Assembly (NCBI GenBank): GCA_020024325.1
Contig: JAHHTY010000001.1
Span: forward strand, 39 to 64,038
Length of the DNA: 64,000 bases
Source: Negativibacillus sp.
GTDB lineage: Bacteria; Bacillota; Clostridia; Oscillospirales; Ruminococcaceae
Direction: 5' to 3'
The notes below the pieces were generated by a model. It searched no databases and was not told where the DNA came from. It was given only the letters and a program-made list of their open reading frames with translations. A program made the translations under genes and the position numbers. Shown here one piece after another: positions 38,616-50,106 of the stretch; the stretch's first letter is position 1, and every line of letters begins with the position of its first letter.

Positions 38616-41441
38616 TTACCCTTTAGGCAATATCTTTTTGAGATATTTTCCGGTATAAGATTTTTCACATGCCGCTACCTGTTCCGGTGTACCACAAGCA
38701 ACTATTTCGCCTCCGCGGTTGCCGCCTTCCGGACCTAGATCAACGATATAGTCAGCAGTTTTAATCACATCTAAATTATGTTCAATGACTACCACAGTAT
38801 TGCCGCTGTCCACCAATGTTTGCAAAACCTCAATCAATTTATGGACATCGGCAGCGTGCAAACCTGTAGTTGGCTCATCCAAAATATAGATCGTCTTTCC
38901 TGTGGCTTTTTTGGAAAGTTCCGTTGCCAGCTTTACACGCTGTGCTTCACCACCAGACAAAGTGGTTGCAGACTGTCCGAGTTTCACATAACCAAGCCCT
39001 ACATCGCACAAAGTTTTTATTTTACGGGCAATCTTTGGAATATTTTCAAAGAAGGTGTACGCCTCCTCTGCGGTCATTTCCAAAACATCGCTGATAGTTT
39101 TATCTTTATACTTCACTTCAAGCGTTTCACGGTTATATCGCTTTCCTTTACAAACTTCACAAGGAACATAAATATCCGGCAAAAAGTGCATCTCAATTTG
39201 CAAAATACCGTCACCTTCACAGGCTTCGCAGCGACCTCCTTTTACATTAAAAGAAAATCTGCCGCTATCATATCCCCTTGCTTTTGCTTCGTTTGTTTGC
39301 GCAAACAGCTGGCGAATATCGGTAAAGACACCGGTATAGGTTGCCGGATTGGAACGAGGAGTTCGTCCAATCGGACTTTGGCTAATATCAATCACCTTAT
39401 CCAATTCCTCAATTCCCACAATCTCTTTATGTTTACCCGGTCTGGCTTTGGCATGGTTTAGCTCCATCGCTAGCCCTTTATATAAGATTTCATTGATGAG
39501 GGAAGATTTTCCGGAGCCGGACACACCTGTTATCGCTGTAAGGGTTCCCAGTGGAAGGGTAACATTGATGTTTTTGAGATTATTTTGTGCTGCACCTTTA
39601 ATGACCAGTTTTTTTCCGTTGCCTTTTCGGCGTACTTCCGGAACAGGAATTTTCTTCTTTCCACTTAAATATTGTCCTGTTATCGATTTTTCACACGCCA
39701 TAATTTCGTTAATCGTTCCGGCACAGACAACCTCTCCGCCGTGCACCCCTGCACCCGGACCGATATCTACAATATAGTCTGATGCAAACATAGTATCTTC
39801 ATCGTGTTCCACCACAATAACAGTATTCCCCAGGTCACGGAGATGCTGCAATGTTCCAATCAGCTTATCATTATCTCTTTGATGCAGACCGATGCTTGGT
39901 TCATCCAAAATATACAAAACACCCATCAGTGAAGAGCCAATCTGTGTGGCAAGACGAATACGTTGGCTTTCTCCACCTGAAAGGGTTGCGGAAGCTCGGG
40001 AAAGGGTTAAATAATCCAAACCCACATTCTGCAAAAATTCCAGACGAGAGCGAATCTCCTTAATGATCTGATAGGAGATTTGCTGTTGTTTTTCAGTCAG
40101 CTCAAGATTATCGAAGAAGTCGAGCATTGCCACTACCGAAAGGCGGCACAGCTGGCTGATATTCATTCCGCCAATCAACACCGAAAGGCTTTCTTTTTTT
40201 AGACGATCACCGTGACACTGCGGACAATCCACCGCATTCATCCATGTGGTGATCTCCTCTCTCATCCAGTTCGAGGAGGTTTCTCTAAAGCGTCGCTCCA
40301 GATTGTTTGCAACACCTTCAAACTCAGTATAATAGGTTGACTTAATATCCTCGGTATCTCGCACCATCTTTATCTTTTCGCCCTTTGTTCCATATAACAG
40401 GATATCCACAATTTCTTTTGGCAAATCTTTGATTGGAGTATCCAAAGAAAAGTTATAATGTTCGGCAAGGCTTTTATAATACATCTGTGCGATGCCGCCT
40501 TCGGCATAATACCATCCGCTTGCCTTGATTGCACCCTCGCTTACTGATTTTGTTTTATCGGGAATTACCAAAGCCGGGTCGATGCTCATAAAGGTTCCCA
40601 GACCGGTGCATTTCTCACAGGCACCAAACGGGTTATTGAAGGAGAACATTCGAGGGCTGAGTTCCTCGATGCTGATGTTGTGCTCGGGACAGGAATAACT
40701 TTGAGAAAACATCATTTCTTCCCCATCCACAACGTCCACCACAACCAAGCCGCCGGTCAGCTCCAATGCAGTTTCCAATGAGTCGCTTAAACGGGACTGT
40801 ATGTCATCACGGACAACCAATCGGTCTATTACAACTTCTATATTATGCTTTTTATTTTTATCAAGAACAATTTCTTCCGAAAGTTCGTACAGATTTCCAT
40901 CCACACGAACACGAACATAGCCCGATTTTTTCATTCGCTCAAATTCTTTTTGGTGCATTCCCTTTTTTCCCCGAACAATCGGAGCCAAAATCTGAATCTT
41001 GGTGCGTTGAGGAAGCTGCAAAATTTGGTCTACCATCTGGTCCACCGTCTGCTGGCTGATTTCCCTGCCACAAACCGGGCAATGCGGAGTTCCGATGCGG
41101 GCATACAATAGTCTAAGATAGTCATAAATTTCGGTTACTGTTCCCACAGTGGAACGAGGATTCTTTGATGTCGTTTTTTGGTCAATTGAAATTGCCGGAG
41201 AAAGTCCGCTGATTTCGTCTACATCAGGTTTTTCCATCATTCCCAAAAACTGGCGGGCATAAGAAGAAAGGCTTTCCATATATCTTCTCTGCCCGTCTGC
41301 ATAAATGGTATCAAAAGCAAGGGAAGATTTACCTGAACCGGACAGACCGGTAAACACAATCAATTTATCCCTTGGAATTTCCAGATTCACGTTTTTGAGG
41401 TTATGTTCCCTTGCACCGTGAATCACAATTTTATCATTCAT
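38616..41441 (-). CDS. uvrA: Excinuclease ABC subunit A
   Basis: [18 protein letters not shown], zinc fingers, second [17 protein letters not shown]. Confidence 0.98.
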   Translation of the reverse strand: MNDKIVIHGAREHNLKNVNLEIPRDKLIVFTGLSGSGKSSLAFDTIYADGQRRYMESLSSYARQFLGMMEKPDVDEISGLSPAISIDQKTTSKNPRSTVGTVTEIYDYLRLLYARIGTPHCPVCGREISQQTVDQMVDQILQLPQRTKIQILAPIVRGKKGMHQKEFERMKKSGYVRVRVDGNLYELSEEIVLDKNKKHNIEVVIDRLVVRDDIQSRLSDSLETALELTGGLVVVDVVDGEEMMFSQSYSCPEHNISIEELSPRMFSFNNPFGACEKCTGLGTFMSIDPALVIPDKTKSVSEGAIKASGWYYAEGGIAQMYYKSLAEHYNFSLDTPIKDLPKEIVDILLYGTKGEKIKMVRDTEDIKSTYYTEFEGVANNLERRFRETSSNWMREEITTWMNAVDCPQCHGDRLKKESLSVLIGGMNISQLCRLSVVAMLDFFDNLELTEKQQQISYQIIKEIRSRLEFLQNVGLDYLTLSRASATLSGGESQRIRLATQIGSSLMGVLYILDEPSIGLHQRDNDKLIGTLQHLRDLGNTVIVVEHDEDTMFASDYIVDIGPGAGVHGGEVVCAGTINEIMACEKSITGQYLSGKKKIPVPEVRRKGNGKKLVIKGAAQNNLKNINVTLPLGTLTAITGVSGSGKSSLINEILYKGLAMELNHAKARPGKHKEIVGIEELDKVIDISQSPIGRTPRSNPATYTGVFTDIRQLFAQTNEAKARGYDSGRFSFNVKGGRCEACEGDGILQIEMHFLPDIYVPCEVCKGKRYNRETLEVKYKDKTISDVLEMTAEEAYTFFENIPKIARKIKTLCDVGLGYVKLGQSATTLSGGEAQRVKLATELSKKATGKTIYILDEPTTGLHAADVHKLIEVLQTLVDSGNTVVVIEHNLDVIKTADYIVDLGPEGGNRGGEIVACGTPEQVAACEKSYTGKYLKKILPKG

Positions 41442-41478
41442 TCTGTCCTCCTTGGATATTCGATGTTTCCTATTCCCA

Positions 41479-43518
41479 CTATTTTTTCTTACTCTTATTT
41501 TTCTCATCTGCATCCTTCATTATCTTTAGGTTTGGATTTGCAGAATATTGTTCCTTCAGCTTTTTAATTTTATCTCGCAGATAAGCTGCGTGCTCAAACT
41601 CCAAAATTTGTGCCGCACCCTTCATTTCCGCAGTCAATTTTTCAATCGTCATGCGAAGTTCGGTTTGGCTCATACGTTTTTTGCCTTTTCCTATTTTCTC
41701 GGTATTTTCCCTTGTGGAAATTTCCAAAATTTCACGAACGTCTTTCTTGATTGTCTGCGGAATGATACCATGTTCCTCATTATATTTAAGCTGTACCTCA
41801 CGTCTGCGGTAAGTTTCGCTGATTGCTTTTTCCATCGAGTCTGTAACCGAATCTGCGTACATGATAACCTTGCCGTTAGCATTTCTCGCTGCTCGTCCGA
41901 TGGTCTGTACCAACGAAGTTTCGCTTCTCAAAAATCCTTCTTTATCTGCATCAAGAATTGCCACTAACGATACTTCCGGAATATCCAAACCTTCTCGTAA
42001 AAGGTTAATGCCCACCAGAACATCAAACTCTCCCAAACGCAGGTCACGGATAATTTCCATTCGTTCTATGGTATCAATTCCGTGGTGCATATAACGAACC
42101 TTGACACCCATATTTTCAAAGTAAGACGTTAAATCCTCCGCCATCTTTTTAGTCAGAGTGGTTACCAGAACACGCTCTCCCTTCTCGGTTCGGGCATTGA
42201 TTTCGGAAAGCAGGTCATCAATCTGTCCATCTACCGGGCGAACGTCAATTTCAGGGTCCACCAATCCCGTAGGACGAATAACCTGTTCTACAATTCGGCT
42301 GCTTCGTTCTTTTTCTAACTGTCCCGGTGTTGCGCTGACAAAGATAATCTGATTGAGCTTGCCATAAAATTCATCAAAGGTCAGCGGTCGGTTATCATAA
42401 GCAGAAGGCAGACGGAATCCATAATCGACCAGATTCTTTTTTCGTGCTTGGTCGCCGCCATACATCCCTCGCACCTGTGGCAGCGTTACATGGGACTCGT
42501 CCACAAACAACAGGAAATCTTCCGGAAAATAGTCTAACAATGTATATGGGCTGCTTCCGGCTTCTCTGCCGGACAGCACACGAGAATAGTTTTCGATTCC
42601 TTTGCAAAAACCGATCTCTGTCAACATCTCCATATCATAATTTGTGCGTTCCATGATTCGCTGTGCTTCAATCAGTTTATCATTTGCTTTAAAGTAAGCC
42701 ACTCTTTCTTCCATCTCGTCCCGTATCTCACACAATGCCTGCTGCATCTTCTCCCGTGGAACGATGTAATGAGATGCCGGATAGATTGCCACATGGGAAA
42801 CTACATTTTTCACCTCGCCTGTGACAACATTGATTTCAGAAATACGGTCTATCTCATCGCCAAAAAACTCAACTCTGATTGCAGTTTCACTGCCATATGA
42901 AGGGAAGATTTCCACCACATCACCCCGAACGCGAAACTTATTTCTGATAAAGTTAATATCGTTGCGTTCATACTGAAGCTCTACTAATTTTTTGGTTAGC
43001 TCGTCACGTTCCTTCTGCATACCGGTACGCAAAGAGATAACCATATTTCGGTAGTCGATAGGGTCACCAAGCGAATAAATACAGGAAACGCTGGCTACGA
43101 TGATAACATCTCTGCGTTCAGACAATGCAGAAGTTGCCGAGTGCCTCAACTTTTCTATCTCATCATTGATGGCACTGTCTTTTTCAATATAAGTATCTGT
43201 GTTTGCAATATATGCTTCCGGCTGATAGTAGTCGTAGTAGGATACAAAATATTCCACTGCGTTGTTCGGAAAAAAAGCTTTAAACTCCGAACACAACTGA
43301 GCTGCCAGCGTTTTGTTATGTGCCAAAACCAAGGTTGGACGGTTTACTTCTTTTATAATGTTTGCCATGGTAAATGTTTTGCCGGAACCCGTAACACCCA
43401 ATAAGGTTTGTTCCTTATCTCCGTTTAGCACCCCTTGTGCCAGCTGTTGAATTGCCTGTGGCTGATCTCCGGTAGGTTGGTAGGGTGACACCAATTCAAA
43501 ACCTTTTTCCTCCTGCAT
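41479..43518 (-). CDS. uvrB: Excinuclease ABC subunit B
   Basis: [35 protein letters not shown] domain. Confidence 0.98.
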   Translation of the reverse strand: MQEEKGFELVSPYQPTGDQPQAIQQLAQGVLNGDKEQTLLGVTGSGKTFTMANIIKEVNRPTLVLAHNKTLAAQLCSEFKAFFPNNAVEYFVSYYDYYQPEAYIANTDTYIEKDSAINDEIEKLRHSATSALSERRDVIIVASVSCIYSLGDPIDYRNMVISLRTGMQKERDELTKKLVELQYERNDINFIRNKFRVRGDVVEIFPSYGSETAIRVEFFGDEIDRISEINVVTGEVKNVVSHVAIYPASHYIVPREKMQQALCEIRDEMEERVAYFKANDKLIEAQRIMERTNYDMEMLTEIGFCKGIENYSRVLSGREAGSSPYTLLDYFPEDFLLFVDESHVTLPQVRGMYGGDQARKKNLVDYGFRLPSAYDNRPLTFDEFYGKLNQIIFVSATPGQLEKERSSRIVEQVIRPTGLVDPEIDVRPVDGQIDDLLSEINARTEKGERVLVTTLTKKMAEDLTSYFENMGVKVRYMHHGIDTIERMEIIRDLRLGEFDVLVGINLLREGLDIPEVSLVAILDADKEGFLRSETSLVQTIGRAARNANGKVIMYADSVTDSMEKAISETYRRREVQLKYNEEHGIIPQTIKKDVREILEISTRENTEKIGKGKKRMSQTELRMTIEKLTAEMKGAAQILEFEHAAYLRDKIKKLKEQYSANPNLKIMKDADEKNKSKKK

Positions 43519-43568
43519 TCTCGATTTCCCTTCTTTCTAAAGATGTTTTATTCTACTTTTCTTCTTTG

Positions 43569-43597
43569 ATTTTAGCACTACGCAAATTAAAAGTCAA
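43569..43597 (-). promoter_or_regulatory. sigma-A promoter of uvrBA
   Basis: TTGACT-17bp-TAAAAT with TG extension. Confidence 0.65.
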
Positions 43598-43688
43598 TTC
43601 CTTGTTTTTTCACTTCTTCGGTCTTTGCGTTCTTCTTGACCATCTGTCTTAGCAATATTGTGCGCTATTTTTCTAACAAAATTACAAC

Positions 43689-43720
43689 AAAAAAGAGTCG
43701 GTTTTAAGCCGACCCTTTTT
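43689..43720 (-). terminator. Terminator after the secreted hypothetical gene
   Basis: AAAAAGAGTCGGTT..AGCCGACCCTTTTT. Confidence 0.65.
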
Positions 43721-43736
43721 TACATCACATTACCGG

Positions 43737-44621
43737 TTAGTGTTCTCTATGATAATGGACATTGCTTCCGCTGGCATAATGATAATCATCATCATCACCA
43801 TCGCCCATATAATAAACTTCTTTTTCAAATCCATCTTTTGAGATAGTCAGTTTGTCATCCCAATAACGGGAAGAACCTACTGTAAAGGTATTGCTGCCAC
43901 GTTGTGTTGTTCCAATTTTATAGCCGTTCCAACGTACGGTAGCTCCGGAAACTTCACAGTTAAAGCTGATTTTGTTGCCATAATCACGAACTCTGGAGAT
44001 ACCAAGATCATCGTCATCATAACGGTAATGGTATCCTCTGTCATCATCGTCATCGTCACGATTATATACGCTTTCTACTTTTGCGGGTTCTCTATAAGGT
44101 TTTACCTTGTGATTTAAGATACCTTTTACACTGTTTTTATTTTTTGCATAAACAAGCTCTACGCCACTTCCGCTGTTTGCGGTTAGCTTTGCTCCAGTAG
44201 AAACGAGATATACTTCATCAATATCACCGTCTACGCTAATCTTCGCATTACCGCTGGAGAACAGCTGGTCAATCTCTGCTTTTTTAGAAATTTTGACGGA
44301 ATATTCTTTGTCCAGTGTTTTGCTGATATTGAGACTATCCAGCTCACCGGAAACGGTTACGCTCTTTTGTGTTCCCAAAGAGATTTTTCTTGCTCCTTCA
44401 TCTTCTTCAACAAAGGAAACTGCAATTCCATCATCCTTATTTTTGCTAAGTGTAATACGAGAATCCTCCAGCTGATAAGTTACAACTTTATCAGCCTGTC
44501 TGAGCTGCAATTCTTCATCACCTACATAGATGCTGTATTTTGCCTCGGTTGCACCTGCTGTCATACCCATAGAAAGGATCATTGCCGCTGTCAACAACAT
44601 TGTTGTTGCTTTTTTCATCAT
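43737..44621 (-). CDS. Secreted hypothetical protein with Asp/His/Tyr-rich tracts
   Basis: Signal peptide (MKK...TAGA); AAGGAGG RBS; DDDDDDRGYHY and DDDDYHY...HYHREH. Confidence 0.75.
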   Translation of the reverse strand: MMKKATTMLLTAAMILSMGMTAGATEAKYSIYVGDEELQLRQADKVVTYQLEDSRITLSKNKDDGIAVSFVEEDEGARKISLGTQKSVTVSGELDSLNISKTLDKEYSVKISKKAEIDQLFSSGNAKISVDGDIDEVYLVSTGAKLTANSGSGVELVYAKNKNSVKGILNHKVKPYREPAKVESVYNRDDDDDDRGYHYRYDDDDLGISRVRDYGNKISFNCEVSGATVRWNGYKIGTTQRGSNTFTVGSSRYWDDKLTISKDGFEKEVYYMGDGDDDDYHYASGSNVHYHREH

Positions 44622-44715
44622 AAAATCTCCTCCTTTTCCGTATTCACGGAATGTTTTCTCTGCAATGCAGAATGTTGCTAGTATTCTTACATATACAAAG
44701 TTTCTATCCTTAAGC

Positions 44716-45450
44716 TTAAAAAAGCTTATGGTCTTTCATTGAGTAAAATTCCTTTTCTGTTATAACGAAATGGTCATATACCTGCACTCCAACTTTTTGC
44801 AGAACATCTTGCACTTTTCGTGTCATTGCAATATCTTCTCGGGACGGAAGTGCAAGTCCACTGGGATGATTGTGCGCCAAGATTATGCCCGACACATTCT
44901 TTCTCAAACAAATTTGTGCAATCTCTCGCATTGTGATACTGATACTGTTGATGTTACCGTTTCCCAATTCTTCACAGGCTATCATCTGCTTTTTGGCATC
45001 TAAACACAGCATGAGCAGTGTCTCTGTTTGTCTTTCATATAACCGCTGTATCAGATATTCTCCTGCTTTAGTCGAATTGTCCAACACCAGCTTTCCCTCT
45101 TGTCGTTGTTCCCTGCAAAGCTGCGTCAGCTGCGGCACCAGACGCAGGAGTATTGCTGTGTTTTCTCCCACACCTTTAACCTGCATCAACTCCTCTTTTG
45201 AAGCAGAAAAAACAGCTGCAAGACTGCCAAAATGTTCCAGCAAACGGTGTGCCAGAGGGTTTGTGTCCTGCCTTGGCAAAGCATAAAACAAGAGCAGTTC
45301 CAATGCTGTATGTTCGTCAAAACCCTTCAGTCCTGTGGCATCAAACCGCCGTCTTAGACGAAGACGATGCCCACTGTGAATTCCCTGCTCTTTTTTATCT
45401 TCCGAAGATGCGATAATATCGCCTCCTTTTGCTGTTTTTGTTGTCGTCAT
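44716..45450 (-). CDS. radC: RadC-family JAB domain protein
   Basis: HSGHR.RLR, LELLL....PRQDT..LA..LL..FGSL, AHNHPSG...PS.ED, DH. Confidence 0.92.
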   Translation of the reverse strand: MTTTKTAKGGDIIASSEDKKEQGIHSGHRLRLRRRFDATGLKGFDEHTALELLLFYALPRQDTNPLAHRLLEHFGSLAAVFSASKEELMQVKGVGENTAILLRLVPQLTQLCREQRQEGKLVLDNSTKAGEYLIQRLYERQTETLLMLCLDAKKQMIACEELGNGNINSISITMREIAQICLRKNVSGIILAHNHPSGLALPSREDIAMTRKVQDVLQKVGVQVYDHFVITEKEFYSMKDHKLF

Positions 45451-45555
45451 TTTTTATCTCGATATGACCGTTGCAAATTTTTGACGGTATGTTATAATCA
45501 AATCACTGTTAATCTATAATTTTGCTATCTTATACAGAAAGGTGTTTTCCAGATT

Positions 45556-46503
45556 ATGAAATCCTTTACCATCAATCACAACGATGCCGGTCAGCGTGTC
45601 AGCAAGTTCGTTGAAAAAACAGTGCCTGCACTGCCGCATACGCTACTATACAAATATTTTCGTTTAAAACGAATCAAACTCAACAAAAAACGCTGTCAAC
45701 CACAAGACCGTCTGAACGAAGGTGATATCATTGAGCTTTATATCAATGATGAGTTTTTTGGTGAAGGTCGGCAAGATCTTGTTTTCCTCAAAGTTCCCGA
45801 TAAAATCAATATTATTTATGAAGATGAAAACATCCTGTTGGTGGACAAAAAACCGGGGCTTGTGGTTCACGAGGATGATGATAATACCCCTGATACCCTG
45901 ATTAACCGAATCCTGCACTACCTTTATAACAAAGGTGAGTACAACCCGGAAGAAGAAAACAGCTTTGTTCCTTCCTTATGTAACCGTATCGACCGCAATA
46001 CCGGCGGTATTGTTATCGCCGCTAAAAATGCTGCTTCTCTGCGTATTTTGAACCAAAAAATCAAAGACCGTGAACTTTCTAAACTGTATCTCTGCCTTGT
46101 TCACGGAGTACCTCAGCCTAAATCCGCTACCTTAAAAGACTATCTTGTAAAGGACAGCTCACGCAATCAGGTTCGTGTTTTCCACAAACAGGTTCCAAAC
46201 AGTAAAACCATCATCACCTCTTATAAAACTCTGAAAACTAACGGTAAGGTCAGCCTTTTGGAGGTCGATTTAAAAACAGGACGCACCCACCAAATCCGTG
46301 CACACATGGCTTTTTACGGTCATCCGTTAGTTGGCGATACCAAATATGGAACCAATTCCCAGAACAAAGGTTCCGGACATTCTTATCAGGCATTATACGC
46401 CTACAAGCTGCGCTTTCATTTTTGCACCGATGGTGATATTTTATCTTATCTGGATGGTAAAGAATTTTCAGTTCAATCAGTAGATTTTGCAAATGAACTT
46501 TAA
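45556..46503 (+). CDS. RluA-family RNA pseudouridine synthase with S4-like N-terminus
   Basis: NRIDRNTGG catalytic motif; TGRTHQIRAH; GHPLVGD.KYG. Confidence 0.92.
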   Translation: MKSFTINHNDAGQRVSKFVEKTVPALPHTLLYKYFRLKRIKLNKKRCQPQDRLNEGDIIELYINDEFFGEGRQDLVFLKVPDKINIIYEDENILLVDKKPGLVVHEDDDNTPDTLINRILHYLYNKGEYNPEEENSFVPSLCNRIDRNTGGIVIAAKNAASLRILNQKIKDRELSKLYLCLVHGVPQPKSATLKDYLVKDSSRNQVRVFHKQVPNSKTIITSYKTLKTNGKVSLLEVDLKTGRTHQIRAHMAFYGHPLVGDTKYGTNSQNKGSGHSYQALYAYKLRFHFCTDGDILSYLDGKEFSVQSVDFANEL

Positions 46504-46692
46504 ATACTTTTACTCTTATAAGATAGCTTTTCTGAAGAAATAAATCAATAGCTTTTCTAAAACTTAGTCATTGTTGATATTTTTTCTCTTCTATTTTTAT
46601 CAATTTACTGAAAATCTATGTTTGCTATTGACTGAAAAAATCAGTACTTAAATCCTCTAAACAAAACAGAGAAATTTATAAAACAAAAAATC

Positions 46693-46733
46693 AAAACAGC
46701 AGGTACAGAAATAAAATCTGTGCCTGCTGTTTT
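46693..46733. terminator. Bidirectional terminator
   Basis: AAAACAGCAGGTACAGA...TCTGTGCCTGCTGTTTT. Confidence 0.75.
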
Positions 46734-46778
46734 GTTGTGTAATCATTCTTTATACATTGGATAGATGGCAGCAGACTG

Positions 46779-47891
46779 TCATTTTACAGCAATACTCCTG
46801 GCAATTTCTGCACAGACAGTTTGAGGGACAGCTTCTTTATCAAAGGAAATCTGCATGAAAACGGGGAGTTTTTCGTAATCATAAAAAAGCACCACATTCT
46901 TTTCATTGGCAAATGGAATTTCCGCCGCAGAATCATATTCTTTGCCCAACAGACTTAAATCTTGACTGGAAAACACAGCCGTTGCAGCAGCAGAGGTTTC
47001 CCCATATTGTTGCACCTGATAATTTTCATACTGCACGTGATTTGGAAGTACAGCCCCTGCGTAAACCTGCATAGGAAGCTTATTCTCTGACGGTATCACA
47101 TTTTTTAAATCCTCTTTACCGGATGCTAAATCCATAAACAACAGACCACCCACAGCATTGCCCTCATCTGTTACCAGCAAAAATTCATCGTCTTCTTGAT
47201 TAGGGATACTCTTATCAGCAGATACCAGAGATATTCCCTTTGGCAGCATAAAGGTCACCTGTCTATCAGCTATATTTGCATAGGTTAGATTTATAGTAGC
47301 CTGTTCTCCATTTTGAGATGCAGTAATTGTATTTTCTGTATCATTAACTTTTATCGGTTCACCATAAGCAAAAGGGGCTGTCAGTTCAATATATTTTGCC
47401 GGATAAGTATCTTTCCATGTATTGTCCTCAAAGACTTCCGGAAAAGCAACGCGCAGGAAAACACGCTCCAACTCTCCCAACTGCAAATCAAGTTTGTCTG
47501 TATAAGTTTCTCCGCCTTTCCATGACATTTTATTATCCAATAAATTTTGTGTCGTACTGCTGCCATCCCCTGTTCGATACTGCGCATAGAGAGTAATGTT
47601 CAACAAAATGTTTTTTCCATCACTTTTAGGAATAGGATTGGGAACGTTAAAGGACACTGAGCCGTCTTTCTGCAAAAGAAAAGATTCCAGAATCTGCGTC
47701 ATATATTTCTCGGCAGTTTCCTCTGTTAAAGAGATGGTATCTGCATCTTTTTCTTCTATATCGGAATCGACGCTCTCTGATGTTGCAACGGGCGGCTCCT
47801 GCTTCTCATTACTTCTACAACCTGCCATGAAAAAGGCTGTTAATAACACACATACTGCCATAATTACACTGATTCTTTTTTTATTCTTCAT
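46779..47891 (-). CDS. Hypothetical lipoprotein
   Basis: Basic N-terminus, hydrophobic stretch, lipobox FMAGC; AAAGGA RBS. Confidence 0.75.
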   Translation of the reverse strand: MKNKKRISVIMAVCVLLTAFFMAGCRSNEKQEPPVATSESVDSDIEEKDADTISLTEETAEKYMTQILESFLLQKDGSVSFNVPNPIPKSDGKNILLNITLYAQYRTGDGSSTTQNLLDNKMSWKGGETYTDKLDLQLGELERVFLRVAFPEVFEDNTWKDTYPAKYIELTAPFAYGEPIKVNDTENTITASQNGEQATINLTYANIADRQVTFMLPKGISLVSADKSIPNQEDDEFLLVTDEGNAVGGLLFMDLASGKEDLKNVIPSENKLPMQVYAGAVLPNHVQYENYQVQQYGETSAAATAVFSSQDLSLLGKEYDSAAEIPFANEKNVVLFYDYEKLPVFMQISFDKEAVPQTVCAEIARSIAVK

Positions 47892-48186
47892 AACAAATTT
47901 TTTCCTTTCATGTTCTAACTGCGCTATTTTAGAAATCAGAACCGATTGTGCAAATTGTGCAAATTGAATATATTATCATTTGTAAAAGTATATTGGATAA
48001 ATTCTGATTTGAAATGCCCGATTTTATCTACGGTTATTAAGTGCTGCAAGATACACCAGTTTCTCAAGATTAAATATGTCCAGTTGTATCATATGGAAGT
48101 TGTGAATAATGAAATTATTTACAACTATCTTTGGATTCATTGAAATCTAAAAAAGCACCTTGTTGATTATAGATCAAAGCAAAAGT

Positions 48187-48447
48187 TTAACTTTCAATTT
48201 CGATGACTTTTCCACAATGCGAACAATGATAAATATGTGTTTTGGCATAAATCAATCCATCCAAATTTATAAAGCCGGAGCAATGAGGACATCGTAAGAA
48301 TTTTCTATCAATTAGCACATAGGTAATTAAAAACAGTGCGGCAAAAATAAAAAATAAGCTATGAAAACTTCCCGCAATCAAACAAAGAGAAAAGAGTATA
48401 ACTGAAAGAAATGCCATTATGATATGCTTTGATTTAATTTTTCTCAT
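48187..48447 (-). CDS. Small membrane protein with C-terminal CxxC...CxxC zinc ribbon
   Basis: Two TMs, then CPHC and CSHCG; GAGGAGG RBS. Confidence 0.7.
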   Translation of the reverse strand: MRKIKSKHIIMAFLSVILFSLCLIAGSFHSLFFIFAALFLITYVLIDRKFLRCPHCSGFINLDGLIYAKTHIYHCSHCGKVIEIES

Positions 48448-48684
48448 ACCGATATTTCCTCCTCTGATATTATTCCTTTTTACTATCTATTAAGCATAGC
48501 AAAACAACTATATTTGTAATACCCTATATCCTTGTTTTCTTTAACCAAGTGATATATCAAACTGTTATCTATATTTTGCTGTATTTGTAGGTTCTTCGGA
48601 TAGAAAATGAGCTGTGATAAAAAGCAAGTCCTGATACTAATGTTTTATTAGTATCCGACTAAAAGGAAGTGCAGATTTTTATTT

Positions 48685-49494
48685 TTATAATCTACCCACT
48701 GCTGAAAGCAGAAAGAAAAGCCAGATATGTAATGGATAGAAAATATAAAAGAATCGTGAAACTGCCTTGCCTCCTTTGCCTTTTTGTCCGTTATAAGACA
48801 ACATGAATGGCAAAGAAAATATCATCATCCACTGATAAAAGTATTGAAAAATTGCTCCATAAATTTGAAACTGTACTGCCAGTAAAAAGGAGGAAAGGAA
48901 CTCCAAACCACTGTAAATTCCATAGCTAAGGCATAGTTTTTTCGGTTCTTTACCCCAATAATATAAAATCAACCCTAGCAATACAACGCCTATTCCACCT
49001 TCGCAATAGAAAAAGTTTGGCAGAAATCCGCAAATCAAATTTTCCAATGATATACCAAATTGCATTGCAGCACCACATACAATAAAAGAAATCACCTGTG
49101 CCGCCGCAAAGATTATCAAAGCACCTTTAGGATTTTTCAGGCGATCTTCTCGCATACTATTATCGCGAAAACTTTCTATTATCCATATGCAGGTTGCAAT
49201 CAGCACCATTGTTGAAAAGATATTATTACTGATTTTCACCGGTGCAGCGGGGAAGGATAACATCAACAAAAAATTACCTGTTCCCATCACCGCTGATCCA
49301 ATCCATAATCTTTTCAAATATTTTTTTCGGCTTCGTGTTTTCTCCAATCCCTTAGCTAAACAGAACAAAAACAGCGGCGCTGACAATCTACCCAGCCAGC
49401 GAAACCACAATGGTATACTCTGTGGAAAAAACTCTCCCAGATGGTCTATAACCATTAAAATTAAGGCAGTCCATTTTAATCCTGCTACGCTCAA
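48685..49494 (-). CDS. TraX-family membrane protein (acyltransferase-like)
   Basis: LK..ALILMVIDH, GRLSAPLF, NNIFST, YNGQKG, FFYIFYPLH. Confidence 0.85.
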   Translation of the reverse strand: MSVAGLKWTALILMVIDHLGEFFPQSIPLWFRWLGRLSAPLFLFCLAKGLEKTRSRKKYLKRLWIGSAVMGTGNFLLMLSFPAAPVKISNNIFSTMVLIATCIWIIESFRDNSMREDRLKNPKGALIIFAAAQVISFIVCGAAMQFGISLENLICGFLPNFFYCEGGIGVVLLGLILYYWGKEPKKLCLSYGIYSGLEFLSSFLLAVQFQIYGAIFQYFYQWMMIFSLPFMLSYNGQKGKGGKAVSRFFYIFYPLHIWLFFLLSAVGRL

Positions 49495-49550
49495 ACAAAT
49501 TCTCCTTTATCATATAATCAACTGTTTTTCACAATTTTGATGTGATAAAA

Positions 49551-49598
49551 AAGGGGCAGATTTTTGCATACGAAATTCATGCAAAAATCTACCCCCTT
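49551..49598 (-). terminator. Terminator of the rsmD-coaD operon
   Basis: AAGGGGCAGATTTTTGCAT...ATGCAAAAATCTACCCCTT. Confidence 0.75.
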
Positions 49599-49603
49599 GT
49601 TTA

Positions 49604-50083
49604 CTAATCTTCTTTTGAGATCTGCTTTACCTTTCCGGTCGCATTACGCAATGCCTGACGGGTTTCTCGTATATTTTTAAGCGATTCTCCCATATTTTCC
49701 TCAGTTTGACGAAGGATAGAATCAGAAAATTCATGTGAAGCACGACGAATCTCCTTTGCTGCCATCTGTGCTTGTGCAATAATGTCGGCTGCTTTTTCCT
49801 GTGCCTGTTTCACAATTTCTTCCTGTGCAATCAACATTCTGGCACGTTCTTCTGCTTTTCGCACAGTAGCTTCTGCCTGACGCTCTGCTGTTTTGATGAT
49901 ATCATTGCGGTCCGATACAATCATCTTTGCCTGTTTGATTTCTCCGGGAAGATTTAAGCGAATATCCTCAACACATTCACGCACTCTCTGTGCATCCACT
50001 ACACAACGACCACCAGAGAATGGAAGTCCCCACGCTTCTTCGAGCATATCATCAATCATATTTAAAATTTCATCAATGTTCAT
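49604..50083 (-). CDS. Conserved coiled-coil protein downstream of coaD (ATP synthase b / DivIVA-like)
   Basis: LPFSG.CVVD...IR.NLP.EIKQA; heptad-rich; a usual neighbour of rsmD-coaD. Confidence 0.75.
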   Translation of the reverse strand: MNIDEILNMIDDMLEEAWGLPFSGGRCVVDAQRVRECVEDIRLNLPGEIKQAKMIVSDRNDIIKTAERQAEATVRKAEERARMLIAQEEIVKQAQEKAADIIAQAQMAAKEIRRASHEFSDSILRQTEENMGESLKNIRETRQALRNATGKVKQISKED

Positions 50084-50106
50084 TGTATTCTTCCTCCTGT
50101 GCCGTT

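Noticed and set aside
43519..43690. LexA (GAAC-N4-GTTC) box upstream of uvrB
   Set aside because: No convincing match found
48021..48140. 38-aa minus-strand ORF MNPKIVVNNF...
   Set aside because: Poorly spaced SD and no motif; likely chance
44716..49494. Conjugative or mobile element suggested by radC and traX
   Set aside because: Both families occur as chromosomal singletons; no integrase, relaxase, T4SS genes or att sites seen
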